Assembly: GCA_009914755.4 (NCBI GenBank) | Contig: CP068257.2 | Coordinates: forward strand, 20,000,001-20,064,000 | Origin: the human T2T-CHM13v2.0 reference genome, Homo sapiens | Reading direction: 5' to 3' | DNA: 64,000 nt | Shown: positions 43,748 to 55,600 of the stretch, in pieces | How positions within the stretch are numbered: the stretch's first letter is position 1 | How the letters are laid out: each line of letters starts with the position of its first letter | Made by a program: the position numbers and the translations under genes | The notes under the pieces: model-generated | The model's database searches: none | Told to the model about the DNA's origin: nothing | What the model saw: only the letters and a program-made list of their open reading frames with translations

Positions 43748-46700
43748 TTATTTTTAATTTTTGTTTTGTGTTTGGGGGTACATGTGCAGGTTTGTTATAT
43801 TGGTAAAATGTGTGTTGCAGGAGCTTGGTGTACGGATTATTTTGTCACCCAGGTAATATGCATAGCACCCGATAGGTAGTTTTTGGATACTCACCCTCCT
43901 CCCAACCTTCACTCTCTAGTAGACCCCAGTGTCTGTTGTTTGCTTCTTTGTGTCCATATGTACTCAATGTTTAGCTCTCACTTACCAGAGAGAACATGCA
44001 GTGTTTGGTTTTCTGTTTCTATGTTAATTCACTTAGGATAATGACCTCCAGCTACATCCTTGTTGCTGTAAAGGACATTATCTTGTTTTTTTTTTTTTGT
44101 TTTTTTTTGTTTTTTTTTTTTTTTATGGCTGCATAGTATTGCATGGTATACATGTACCAAATTTTTAAAATCCAGTCTATTGCTGATGGGTATTTACATT
44201 GATTTCATGTATTTGCTATTGTAAATAGTGCTGCAATGAACATATGTGGTGATTGTAGACATCAATTCAACGCTATTCATATTAAACTACCTTTTGGTTT
44301 TCATCAGGATGAATACCATCTTGATGGTAGAAAATTTATATTCCTTTGGGTATATACCCAATACAGGGATGGCTGAGTCAAATGGTAACTCTGTTTTAAG
44401 TTCTCTGATAAATTTGCCAAACTGCTTTCCACAGTGGCTGAACTAATACTCATTCCAACCAGCCGTGTATAAGCATTCCCTCTTCTCTGTTCCAGCATCT
44501 GTTCTTTTTTTAACTTTATTCAATAACAGCCATTCTTATTGGTGTGAATGGTATCACATTGTGGTTCTGATTTGTATTTCTCTAATGATTAGTGATGTTG
44601 AACGTTTCTTTAGATGTTTTGTGGCCACACACATTTTCTTTTGAAAAGTGTTAGTGTCCTCTGCCCACTTTTTGCTGTGGTGGTTTGGTTTTTGCTTGTA
44701 AATTTGTTCCAGTTCCTTATAGATTCTTGACATTAAACTTTTGTCACATGCATAGTTTGCAAGTATTTTCTCCCATTTGTAGGTTTTCTATTTATTCTAT
44801 TGATTTTTTTTTCTGCTTTGCAGTTCTTTAGCTTAATTAGGTCCCATTTGTCAATTTTTCTTTTTGTTACAGTTACTTTTGGTGTTTTCATTATAAAGTT
44901 TTTGCCAGGGCCTATGTCCAGAATGGTTTTATCTAGTTTATCTTCCAAGGCTTTTATAATTTTAGGTTTTAAACTTAAGTCTTTAATTCATCTTAAGTTT
45001 ACATTTGTATATTGTGTAAGGTAGGAAGGAAGGAAGGAAGGGGTCCAGTTTCCATCTTCTGCATATGGCTAGCCAGTTATCCCAACAACATTTATTAAAT
45101 AGGAAGTCCTTTCCTCATTGCTTACTTTTGCCAACTTTGTGGAAGATCAAATGGTTGTAAGTGTGTGGCCTTATTTCTAAGCTCTCTATTGTGTTCTACT
45201 GGCCTATCTGCCTGTCTTTGTACCAGTACCATGCTGTTTTGGTTATTATAACCTTATAGTATAGTTTGAAGTTGGGTGATGTGATGCCTCCAGCTTTGTT
45301 TTGTTCTTTGTTTTTGTTTTTTGGCTTAGGATTGCTTTGGCTATTTGGGCTCTTTTGTGGACTCATATGAAATTTAGTATAGTTTTTTCGAATTATGTGA
45401 AGAATGTCATTGGTAGTTTGATATGAATAGCATTAAATTGTAAATTGCTTTTGGCAGTATGGCCATTTTAACAATAATGAATCTTCCTATTAACATATAT
45501 GAACTGTTTTTCCCTTTGTTTCAGTCATCTCCAATTTCTTTGCACAGTATTTTGTAATCCTCATTGTAGAGATCTTTCACCTCCTTTGTTAGCTGTATTC
45601 TTAGGTATTTAATTATTTTGTGGCTATTGTGAATGAAATTGTGTCTTGACTTGGCTTTAAGCTTGTACATTGTTTGCTGTTGAAAATGCTACTGATATTT
45701 GTGCATTAATTTTGTATCCTGAAACTTCACTGAAGTTGTTTATGAGATCAAGGATCTTTAGGGCAGAGATTATGGGGTTTTCTCAGTATAGAAACAAATA
45801 ATCAGTGAAAAGAGATAATGTGACTTTCTATCTTCCTATTTGCATGCCTTTTATTTCTTTCCCTTGCCTGATTTCTCTGACTAGTACTTCTAGTACTATG
45901 ATGAATAGAAGTAGTAAGAGTCAGTATCTTTTCTTTTTCCAGTTCTTAAGGAGAATTATTCCAGCTTTTGCCCATATAGTATGATGTTGGCTGTAAGTTT
46001 GTCACAGATGGCTCTTATTATTTTGAGGTGTGTTCCTTCAATACTTAGTCAGTTGACGGTTTTTAACATAAAGGATAAATTTTACTGAAAACCTTTCCTT
46101 AGTCTATTGAGATGATCATGTAGTTTTTGTTTTCACTTTTTTTAATGTGATGAATAATATTTATTGATTTGTGTGTTGAATCAACCTCACATCTTATTAA
46201 TAAAGTCTACTTGATTGTGATGAATTAGCTTTTTCATTTGCTGCTGGATTCAGTTTACTAGAATTCTGTTGAGTATGTTTGTATCTATGTTCTTCAAGGA
46301 TATTGGCCTGAAATTTTCCTTTTTTGTGTGTTTGTCTCTGCTAGGTTTTTGTATAAGAATGATGCTGACCTCACCAAATGACTTCAGGAGGATTCCCCCC
46401 TAGTCAAGTTTTTGGAATACTTTCAATATTAATGGTATCAATTCTTCTTTATACATGTGGTAGAATTTGGCTGTGAATTTATCTGGTCTTGTGCTTTTTC
46501 TGGTTGGTAACTTTTTTTTTTATTATGTATTCCATTTGGGAACTCATTATTGGTTTGTTCAGGAATTCAATTTCTTCCCTTTTCTATCTTGGGGAGTTGT
46601 ATGTTTCATTAAGTTATCATCTATTTCTTTCAGGTTTTCTAGATTGTGTGCATAGAGGTGTTCATAGTAATCAGTAGTCTCTCAGTTTTTGGGGTTTTTT

Positions 46701-49330
46701 TGTTTTTTTTTTTTTGTATTTCTGTGGGGTTGGTGGTAATGTCCCCTTTGTCATTTCTGATTGTGTTTATTTGGATCTTTCTATTTTTCATTAGTCTAGG
46801 TAGCAGCCTATCAATCTTATTTATCTTTCAAAAAATAAATTCATAGGTTCATTGATCTTTTCTATAGTTTTTCACATTTTAGTTCAGCTCTAATTTTTTT
46901 TCTCTCCTTCTGATAGCTTTGAGGTTGGTTTGCTCTTGTTTCTCTAGTTCTCCAAGTGTCATATTATGTTGCAAGTTTGTCTTTCTAACTTTTCAATGTG
47001 GCTGTTTAGTGCTATAAACTTCTGTCTTCACATTACTTTAGCTGTGTCCCAGAGGTTGCGATATGTTGTATTTTTGTTCTCATTAGTTCCAAATAATTTA
47101 TTGATTGCTGTCTTAATTTTTTTGTTGACCCGAAAGTCACTAAGGCAAGGCTGTTTAATTTCCATATAATTGTATTGTTTTGAGTGATGCTTTCATTATT
47201 GATACCCATTATTATTGCACTGTGGTCTGAGAGTGTGGCTGGTATGTTTTTAGTTTTTAAAAGTTTGCTGATAATTGTTTAATGACCAATTATGTGGATA
47301 ATTGTATAGTATGTGCCATATACAGATGAGAAGAATCTATATTCTGTTGGTTTTGGGTGGAGAGTTCTGTAGATGTCAGTTAGCTTCATTTGGTCAGGTG
47401 TCAAACTCAGGTCCTGAATATTTTTTTTATCTTTCTGCCTCTCTATCCTGTCTATTACTCTTTGTAAGTTATTGAAGTCTCCCACTATTATTGTGTGGTC
47501 TTCTAAGTCTCTTTGCAGGTCTCTAAGAATTTGTTTTATGAATCTAGGTTCTACAGTGTTGGATGCATGTACATTTAGGATAGCTAGGTCTTCTTGTTGA
47601 ATTGAACCCTTTACCATTATGAAATGTTCTCCTTTGTTCTTTCTGATAATTATTGGTTTAAAGCCTGGTTTGTCTGAAATAAGAATAGCAACTTTTGCTC
47701 TTGATGGTTTTCCATTTGCTTATGAGACCTGTCTCCATCCCTTTACTTTGAACCCATGGGTATCATTGCATGTGAGATGGATCTCTTAAAGACATCACAC
47801 AGTTGGTTCTTGCTTTATCCAACTTTCCACTCTGTGCCTTTTAATTGAGGCATCTATCCCATTTACATTCAAGTTTAATATTGATATTTGTGGATTTGAT
47901 CATGTCTTCATATTGTTAGCTATTTATTATGCAGACTTGATTGTATAGTTGTTTTATAATGCCAATGGTCTATGTACTTAAACTGTATTTTGTGTTGTCC
48001 CGGAACGGTCTTTCCTTTTTATATTTAGTACACCCTTAAGGACCTCCTGTAAGACAGGTCTGGTACTAACAAATTCGCTTAGCATTTGCTTATCTGAAAA
48101 GAATCTCATTTCTCCTTCACTTATGAAACTTAGTTTGACTGGAAATGAAATTCTTGGTTGGAATTTCTTTTCCTTAAGAATGCTAAAAGTAGACCCACAA
48201 ACTCTTCTGGCTTGTAGGGTTTCTGCTGAAAATTCTGCTGTTAGCCTGATGGAGTTCCTTTTGTAGGTGACCTGCCTGTTTCTCTAGCTGCATTTAACAT
48301 TTTTTTCTTACATTTCAATGTTGGAGAACCTGATGACTATGTGTCTTGGGTATGGTCATCTTGTGTAGTATCTCACAGGGGTCCTCTGCATATCCTGAAT
48401 TTGAGTGTTAGTCTTCTAGTGTGGTTGGGGACATTTTTACAAACTTTATCGGCAAATATGTTTTCCAAGTTGCTTGCATTCTCTCCCTCTGCTTCAGGAA
48501 TGCCAATGAGTCATAGATTTTAATCTCTTTATATAGTGTCGTATTTCTCAGAGGTATTCTTCATTTTTCTTTTTTTTCTGTTTTTTTCTGACTGAGTTGT
48601 TTTGGAGAAGTCTTTAATCTCTGATATTCTGTCATCAACTTGGTTAATTCTACTGTTAATTCTTGCAATTGTATTATAAAATTTGAAGTGAGTTTTTCAG
48701 CTCCATCAGATCAGTTTAGTTCCTTCTCAAAATGCCCATTACTTCTTTCAGCTTCTTTATTATTCTGTTGTATTCTTATAGTCCTTGGATTGGATTTTGA
48801 CTGTTTATTAAATCTTGACGATCATCATTCCTATCCAGATTTTGAATTCTCTGTCTGTCATTTCAGCCATTTTAGCCTGGTTAAGAATCATTGCTGGGGA
48901 AATAATGTGGGTATTTGGAGGAAAAAAAGACACTCTGGCTATTTGAGCTGTCGTTGTTCTTGTGCTGGTTCTTTCTCATATCCGTGTGCTGAAGTTTCTT
49001 CAGTCTTTGCAGATGCTATCCTTTGGATAAGTTTTTTGCTTTTATCTTATTTGATGCTGTTGGGGGTTTTATGGTGGTATAAAGTGGGTTACAGTCTTCA
49101 TTTCTGGAAGATTCTAGTGGGTCAAGGCTCGGCTCAGCACTCCTTGGTTGTGTGTTCCAACTATCGGGAGCTGGTACTGAGCTCTGGCTTTGTTTTCTGG
49201 ACCCCCAAGGTTAGAAATCTGCTATGCTATAGGGGCCAAGGTGTTCCTAGTCTACTGGCCCCAACACTCAATCAGTGGTGCGGGTGTTGGCATAACTTAT
49301 GTATTTGGTGCAGAAATGTTTACCTAGGAA
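43748..49330 (-). mobile_element. Nearly full-length older LINE-1 (L1PA/L1PB-class), antisense: 3' UTR, ORF2 and ORF1 region, ends approximate, lacks most of the 5' UTR
   Basis: Starts with poly-T then gggggtacatgtgcaggtttgttatattggtaaaatgtgtgttgcaggagcttggtgtacggattattttgtcacccagg ... tatggctgcatagtattgcatggtatacatgtacc, which is the reverse complement of the L1 3' UTR/ORF2 end. Antisense ORF2 is continuous (tttgggtatatacccaatacagggatggctgagtcaaatgg; gtgtaaggtaggaaggaaggaaggaaggggtccagtttccatcttctgcatatggctagccagttatcccaacaacatttattaaatagg; ctctgctaggtttttgtataagaatgatgctgacctcaccaaatgacttcaggaggattcccc; cactgtggtctgagagtgtggctggtatg) through the ORF1 antisense region to about 49330. Divergence from young L1PA is clearly higher than in the two inverted young L1s. 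Confidence 0.85.
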
Positions 49331-52243
49331 AATAAGCCTATAAATTAGTAAACAATTTTACATTTTCCTAAGAAATTTTTTCAAAGCCATATTATTTTTC
49401 CTCAAGTAAAGAGTTAGATAATTTAGGCAAGCAAGTCTCCCCTCAGGCAATAGATTGCTAACCTGTCCAAACAGCTTGCTTATTTTACAACAGTTTACTT
49501 ATCAAGGCCATTATCTAACTGTGTCCACCAATCTTAATTATGTCACCATCTTTGCACGAACCTAATTATCTTCTTTCTTTGAATGAACAGAAATAATCTG
49601 CAGTATCACAGGTGTAGGCATCTTGTAAATACCCTCCTCTGTCCATTCCGTTCTGAAATGCTGCAGACTCAAGACTCTTCTTTTCAGTAAGAATAATTTA
49701 CTTACCTTTCTTTGGTGAACAGTTTTCTTTGTTATTGTTGATCTTTTGATGGTACCAGCGGTCAAAACTTATTTTATAGCAGATATAGAACTAAGTTATA
49801 ATCCATGCTTTGACTCAAAGATCTCAACAGTCTTCAGTCATCTTATTGAATGCATCTTATTAAAATACATCTCCACTGTATATTTTTCTCTATGGAGATG
49901 AGCTTCCTTAAAAACTCACCCACTTCTATGCAACAGAATAATTCATCTTAATCTCTAGTTTTTACCATTCTTCGAACTCTAGTCCTGCATTTTCTACTGC
50001 CTGCAGGACTTTTCCACTTGACTGCATTTCTATCATCTGACACCATTTAACTGACACTATTTAAACTAAACTCATCTATGCCAAAAATGTAATTCTCTGG
50101 ACTTCATTATTATACCAAAATTTGGCAGACGTTTTAAAAATCTTATGCACACATTTCTTGTCACCCTATTAACATTGTAAATGTCCTGAGGAAAAGGATC
50201 TCATAAGATACTTCTCAATATTATCTTTCTCTTCTGCTAAGCACAATGCAGTGCATGAGGTGTTCAGTAAAGAGAGAAAAAGTGAAAAATGAGAGAGCTG
50301 TAAGTCATTTTAATTACTACATAAAATTAGGTTTGGCATGATATTTAAAATTACAATTTAATTTGATTCAATGGTCATGAGCTAGTGTCATCAGGACTGC
50401 TCAAAAAACCCCAGGGGTACTTATAATGAATAATTATCATACCCTGACCCCTAGGCAGGCTGTTCTTAGGTTGTGAGTGTCATGAAATGAACCCTGGAGG
50501 TGATATTAGGGAAAAGAGAAAAAATGAAGACAGCTTTTTTCTTTCTCTCACTAGAATAGTCTGCTGACAACAGGCAATTAAAGTTCAAGGATATTTGAGA
50601 GAGGAAGCCCATTTTAAATATGGAAGAGAAAGTTGAGTGATAGAAGGGTTAGATAAATTGAGTCCAGCAGTACAACCTCAAGAATAAGTTCTGAAAGGAA
50701 ATCCTTGTAAACTGTTTGGTTTTCTTTTATAGAATCACCTAAGTTGGTCACCATAGAGATGACACAAGCAAAGACAGTACTCTCTTCCTCTAAGCTTGCA
50801 AATGCCTTTGTAAGAATGGACACCAGCAAATTCCACCCCCAAAAAGAGAGATATAATAGAAACAGAGCAATATTGTCAAACACCAGGACTTCTGATCTAT
50901 GTCCCAGCAGTAGTGGTAAAAATGAATCAAGACAACAAATGTAATTTTTTTTCTTTCTTCCTATAATATAATTGTAGATAAACATGAGAAGTCATATATT
51001 ATTAGGTCAGGGTTAAGTAAAAATGATGCAGCATTCATTTTCATTCAATTTAATTCAACAAATGCTTAGTAAAAGTCATGTGGTAGATACTCTACCAATA
51101 TTGTGGATACACAAAAGGAGTTAATACATAACCTATTCCCTCAAGAAGATGCATTTATTTGTAGTTAGAAGCCCCAGTACTATGTGGAAATTCTATATAC
51201 TTTTATTCCATTCCTCTTTCTACTCTCTTAGGTCATTTCACACTTTCTCATTATTATTAAACTTCTCAAAAATCATTCTGACAAGATAACTCGTAAGTTT
51301 CTCAGAACAGAAAATATATAACAAAATGAATGTGTGAATGAAGTAAAATAATTTCAATATTTCTGTGTAATGCAAAAAATCAAAAAAACAAAGTTCTCTG
51401 GTTTTCACTTAATTTGTTTGGCAAATAGCTCTTATTCTCATAGCTTATTCATTTTTACAGAAATATTGCCATAATTCTGGTTGCTCTTTTACACTAACCA
51501 TCACAGAGGTAAATGAAAAAACCTTTCTTGTGTAATTTCAGAAGGTAATGCCTTTTAATGTAACTCTATATTTTAACATTTTGATTTTAGAACAGAGCTT
51601 TAGTGTTGATAAGGCATAATTATATACATGTATTAATAATTACACACATGTAGAGGTATTATATATAATGGAAATTGAATATACTCTACATAAAAATAAA
51701 ATTATAAGCAAATGAACATTATTGAAATGCATTATTAGTAAAACTGATGCTGTAGGTAAAACTAATTATAATTAAAATCAAAATATTTACTGAACCTACT
51801 TACTCCTATAATTTGCGTTGCTGGTTAAAACCCAGCTATAAAAATTTTGATCAAAAATTTTTATTTTGTAAATGATCTGACACAGCATAAATGTTAATCA
51901 CATTTCTTTATTTTATTTGCAGATTAATTTGAGTAATTTGAAAAATTATTAATGTTACTTAATTACTCTCAACACCTTACAGTGTCTCCTGTAAGCACTA
52001 TTGGTGATACTGAATTTAAGTTACATTTAACAACTATCAGAAAATAGTTTTTAAAGTAAAAATTATGATTTGGAGTTTACCAACTAAATCTTGTTAGCTT
52101 TCACTGCCTCTATTGAGAAGAGCAGCAGTTCTTATCTTCCTCCTTTTTCTTCTTTAATTAACAAGAGATTATTTGTATCATAGCCATAAAATCAGTTCAG
52201 GTCTTACATGAACGACACCCCTGACTGCAATGGTGTAGTTTAT

Positions 52244-52603
52244 TGTATTAGTCCATTTTCATGCTGCTGATAAAGACATACATAAGACTGGGTAATTTAT
52301 AAAGAAATAGAAGTTTAACGGACTCACAGTTCCATGTGGCTGGGGAAGCCTCACAATCATGATCGAAGGCAAAAGGCACATCTTACATGGCAACAGGCAA
52401 GAGAGAATGAGAGCGAAGTGAAAGGAGAAACCCCTTATAAAACCTTCAGACCTCATGAGACTTATTCACTACCACAAGAACAGTATGTGAGAAACAGTCC
52501 CATGATCCAGTTATCTCCCACTGGGTCCCTCCCACCACACAAGGGAATTATGGGAACTGCAATTCAAGATGAAATGTGGGTGGAAGCACAACGGAACTAT
52601 ATC
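52244..52603 (-). mobile_element. Solitary THE1-class MaLR LTR (antisense)
   Basis: tgtattagtccattttcatgctgctgataaagacatacataagactgggtaatttataaagaaatagaagtttaacggactcacagttccatgtggctggggaagcctcacaatcatg ... gggtccctcccaccacacaagggaattatgggaactgcaattcaagatgaaatgtgggtggaagcacaacggaactatatca. This is the reverse complement of the THE1-type LTR. There is no internal region on either side. Confidence 0.85.
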
Positions 52604-55600
52604 ATTGATCAAAGCATTATTGTTTTCTCTGATAAGCTGATCTAGAAAGTGCTGCTTGTGATCAGCTTTGGTGACCATGATCAGTGAAATGGTTAAGGAA
52701 ATCTACAGATTTTGTAGGTTTGTGCCTTGACAGACGACCGGTATCTGTTTCTCTTTTCATGATGAAGTATCTAACAAAGCTCTGTCCAAAATTTTGAATT
52801 TCTCGTTAAAAGCATCATGATTATAGAACAGAGGTTACAATCAATTATTCAGTCACACAATCACTCTCATCAGTCATTAAGGTGCGTACCTGGTGTTCCA
52901 GTTATTCAGTGTGGTATAACAAACTACCTGGAACTTAATGGCTTGAAATAGTCACCATTACATTATGATTGTCCATTCTCTGCATCAATAATTAGGATTT
53001 GGCAAAGAGGGAATGGTTTGTTTACAGACAGACTCCAATGTCTGGGAATAACTTGAAAATATAAAGATTTCTTTTTAAAAATGTTATCTTTAAATTTATT
53101 TTTATTCCATATATTTAAGGTGTACACAATGATGTTTTGATATACACATGAATTTGGATCTATGTTTCAAGATCACCGTCTGTATCTGGTGAGGGGTAGG
53201 AGAGAATAGAAGAATGCTGCTAGAGATGGCTCCTTAAACAGACCAGAGAAAAGAGTCTGAAGTAGTAACTTAGCTAGCATGTTTAATCTACATAGAGTAT
53301 AACTAGAAAATAGTCATATTCTAGGTTGAGATACAAGAAATGGGATGTGTAAGAGAAAGATAATGAAGATGCAGATAAATTCTCCATTTTCAGTGTTATT
53401 TGGTTCTACATAGCATATTGGTAAAAGACTACAACTACTTATTTTTCTCTTTATGATAGCATCATTGTAACACATTTTTTAACCCAAATGCATACATGAT
53501 TGTAGCAGTTTGCTTAATAACTCCTTTTTATTCTGAGGCTTCCCAGGCAAATGCTAAGTGAACATAAAATGAATGTATGTTATCTACACATTTAATATAA
53601 AAAATAAAATAAATGAATGAGTGGATAAATGTAGAGTTTTTAAAACATAAATGATTTAATGCATTCAATAAAACATTTTTATTATAAATAGTTCAGGGAT
53701 AATTTTTAATTCCTTATTTCCCTAAAAATAATTCAAGATCATTATTATAAAAATATTCAACAAACCACTAATCATAGAATTAATATGAATGTAGTAATCC
53801 CTTCTGTACCTTGGAGTCAAAATCTACCACATAATTATTAGGCAATTAATATTTTGGAAAAAAAGTTTAAATATGCTAATTAAAGTGTTTGTTTTTAATT
53901 GTAAAGGGTCATTACCAAGTAATGTGCTGGTAAGTGTCACTTACAAATGGTTAGGAAATGAAAGTTATGAACAATAAAATTAGTTCAAGTTCATTTTTTG
54001 TCTAGGAATATTAAATGCTTTATCATTACACTTAGTTGTAACTTCACTTCATCTGACTCCATATTAATGATGGCAGGGATTTCAGAAAAAAATAAGTATG
54101 ATATTCCTCATGGATTGCTCATCAGAGATATTGATTATGCTCAATTATTTCCTATAAAGGCAGGATTAAAGTTTATGAGCACAAATGAGAGAGCTTGGTT
54201 TACTATACTGAACCTTTACTTGAGAATATGTATATCATATATATATGTAAATTTTTGTTGCTGTTCAGTGTTATTTTGGTCAATTTAAATAGTCAAATAT
54301 GGTTATTTTCTGCTAAAATATCAAAATATCTTAATCCTCTGTATTATTATGATCGTTCATTCATTCAAAATTTCTTGAGCACCTTTTAGGTACTTGAAAT
54401 AAACCACTAAACACAACAAAAGTTTCTTTCCTTCTCTTGTAGAACAACAAACACAAAATAAGTAAATTATATGATGTGTTTATATGTGATAAATATTATG
54501 AAAAATAGAAACATTAGATTAAATAGAGGTTTGGGGAGTCAAGGATGTGTATCATGGTTTATAATTATAAAGATATTGATCAGAATCAATACAGGCCTCA
54601 TTGGGAAGATGTCATTTGAGCAACAAATAAAAGGAGGAAAAACACTGATTTGTGAGGATATTTGCAAGTTCATAAAGCAGAAGTGTGCCTTCCCTGTTTG
54701 CGAAACCTCTGAGATGTTGGTAAGCCTGAAATGAGATATTCAAGGAAAAGGTACTGAGGGAAAGAGGATGGTAGAGTGTGCAGATATATGTAGGAAACTG
54801 TGGGCTACTGTGAGGAATTTGCTTATACTCTGACTGAAATATGGAGCCAGTATTAGGTTTTGACATGATCTGACAGAGTCACTCTAACTACCGGGTTAAG
54901 TGTAGGTTTGTAAGAGTGGACTTAGGGAAATTAATTAGGAGGCCATTGCAGAAATACAAACGAGATGACAGCGTCGAGGACCAACATGTTAGTAATGGAG
55001 GTGGTGAGCAGTGGCCATTTTCTGCATATTTGCAATGTAAATGCCGCAGAATTTCCTGGTGGATTGGAAAAGAAAAGAGATATGTGAAAAAGGAAAAAGA
55101 AGAGTCAAGAAAGAGGCTTGTTTGGGCCAAACGAATTGGAAGGGCCGCGTCGCCATCAGCTGGATGCATAGAAGACTGCAGCGGAGCAGGTGTGGCAGGG
55201 AGTGGTAGGGAGGAGCAAAGCTTCTGTTTTAATTAAGTATGAAAACTTACCACATATGTGGAAGTTTCTGTTCATTCAAAAAATGTTTTGTTTGTTTTGG
55301 TAAGGCTAACACTGATTTTTTTTTAAAGCATTTGGTTTAATAGTCATAGAATTGAGTCCATTTCTATCAGAGCATTGTATTGTGGAAAGAATTTGCCACG
55401 TGACTTGTTTTGGTTCATGGAAGAAGAGATGAAGTAACCCACGCCTTGAAAAGTGCTCACCCAGTGAGACTTGCCCCACTCTTCTCTCTGAGATGCTTTT
55501 TGTCATTGTATGAACAGGTCGGGGATAATATTTTAAAAGATGAGAGACCACTCAGAGAAAGTGCCTGAGTGTCTTAGTTCCAGCTGGACCCTGGAGGGAA

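Noticed and set aside
48640-49335. 231-aa ORF on the plus strand, the longest in the window
   Set aside because: It lies entirely within the antisense strand of the old L1 at 43748-49330 (ORF1/5' region in reverse complement). The L1 sense strand is A-rich, so its antisense is T-rich and depleted of stop codons. Long spurious antisense ORFs are a known compositional artefact of L1. The translation is low-complexity (L/F/S/C-rich) and has no recognisable domain.
54888-55236. Overlapping ORFs on both strands (93 and 106 aa) in the CpG-enriched patch
   Set aside because: Neither shows a recognisable protein motif and their existence is explained by the locally higher GC content. The region is kept as a possible regulatory or ncRNA element (see findings), not as CDS.
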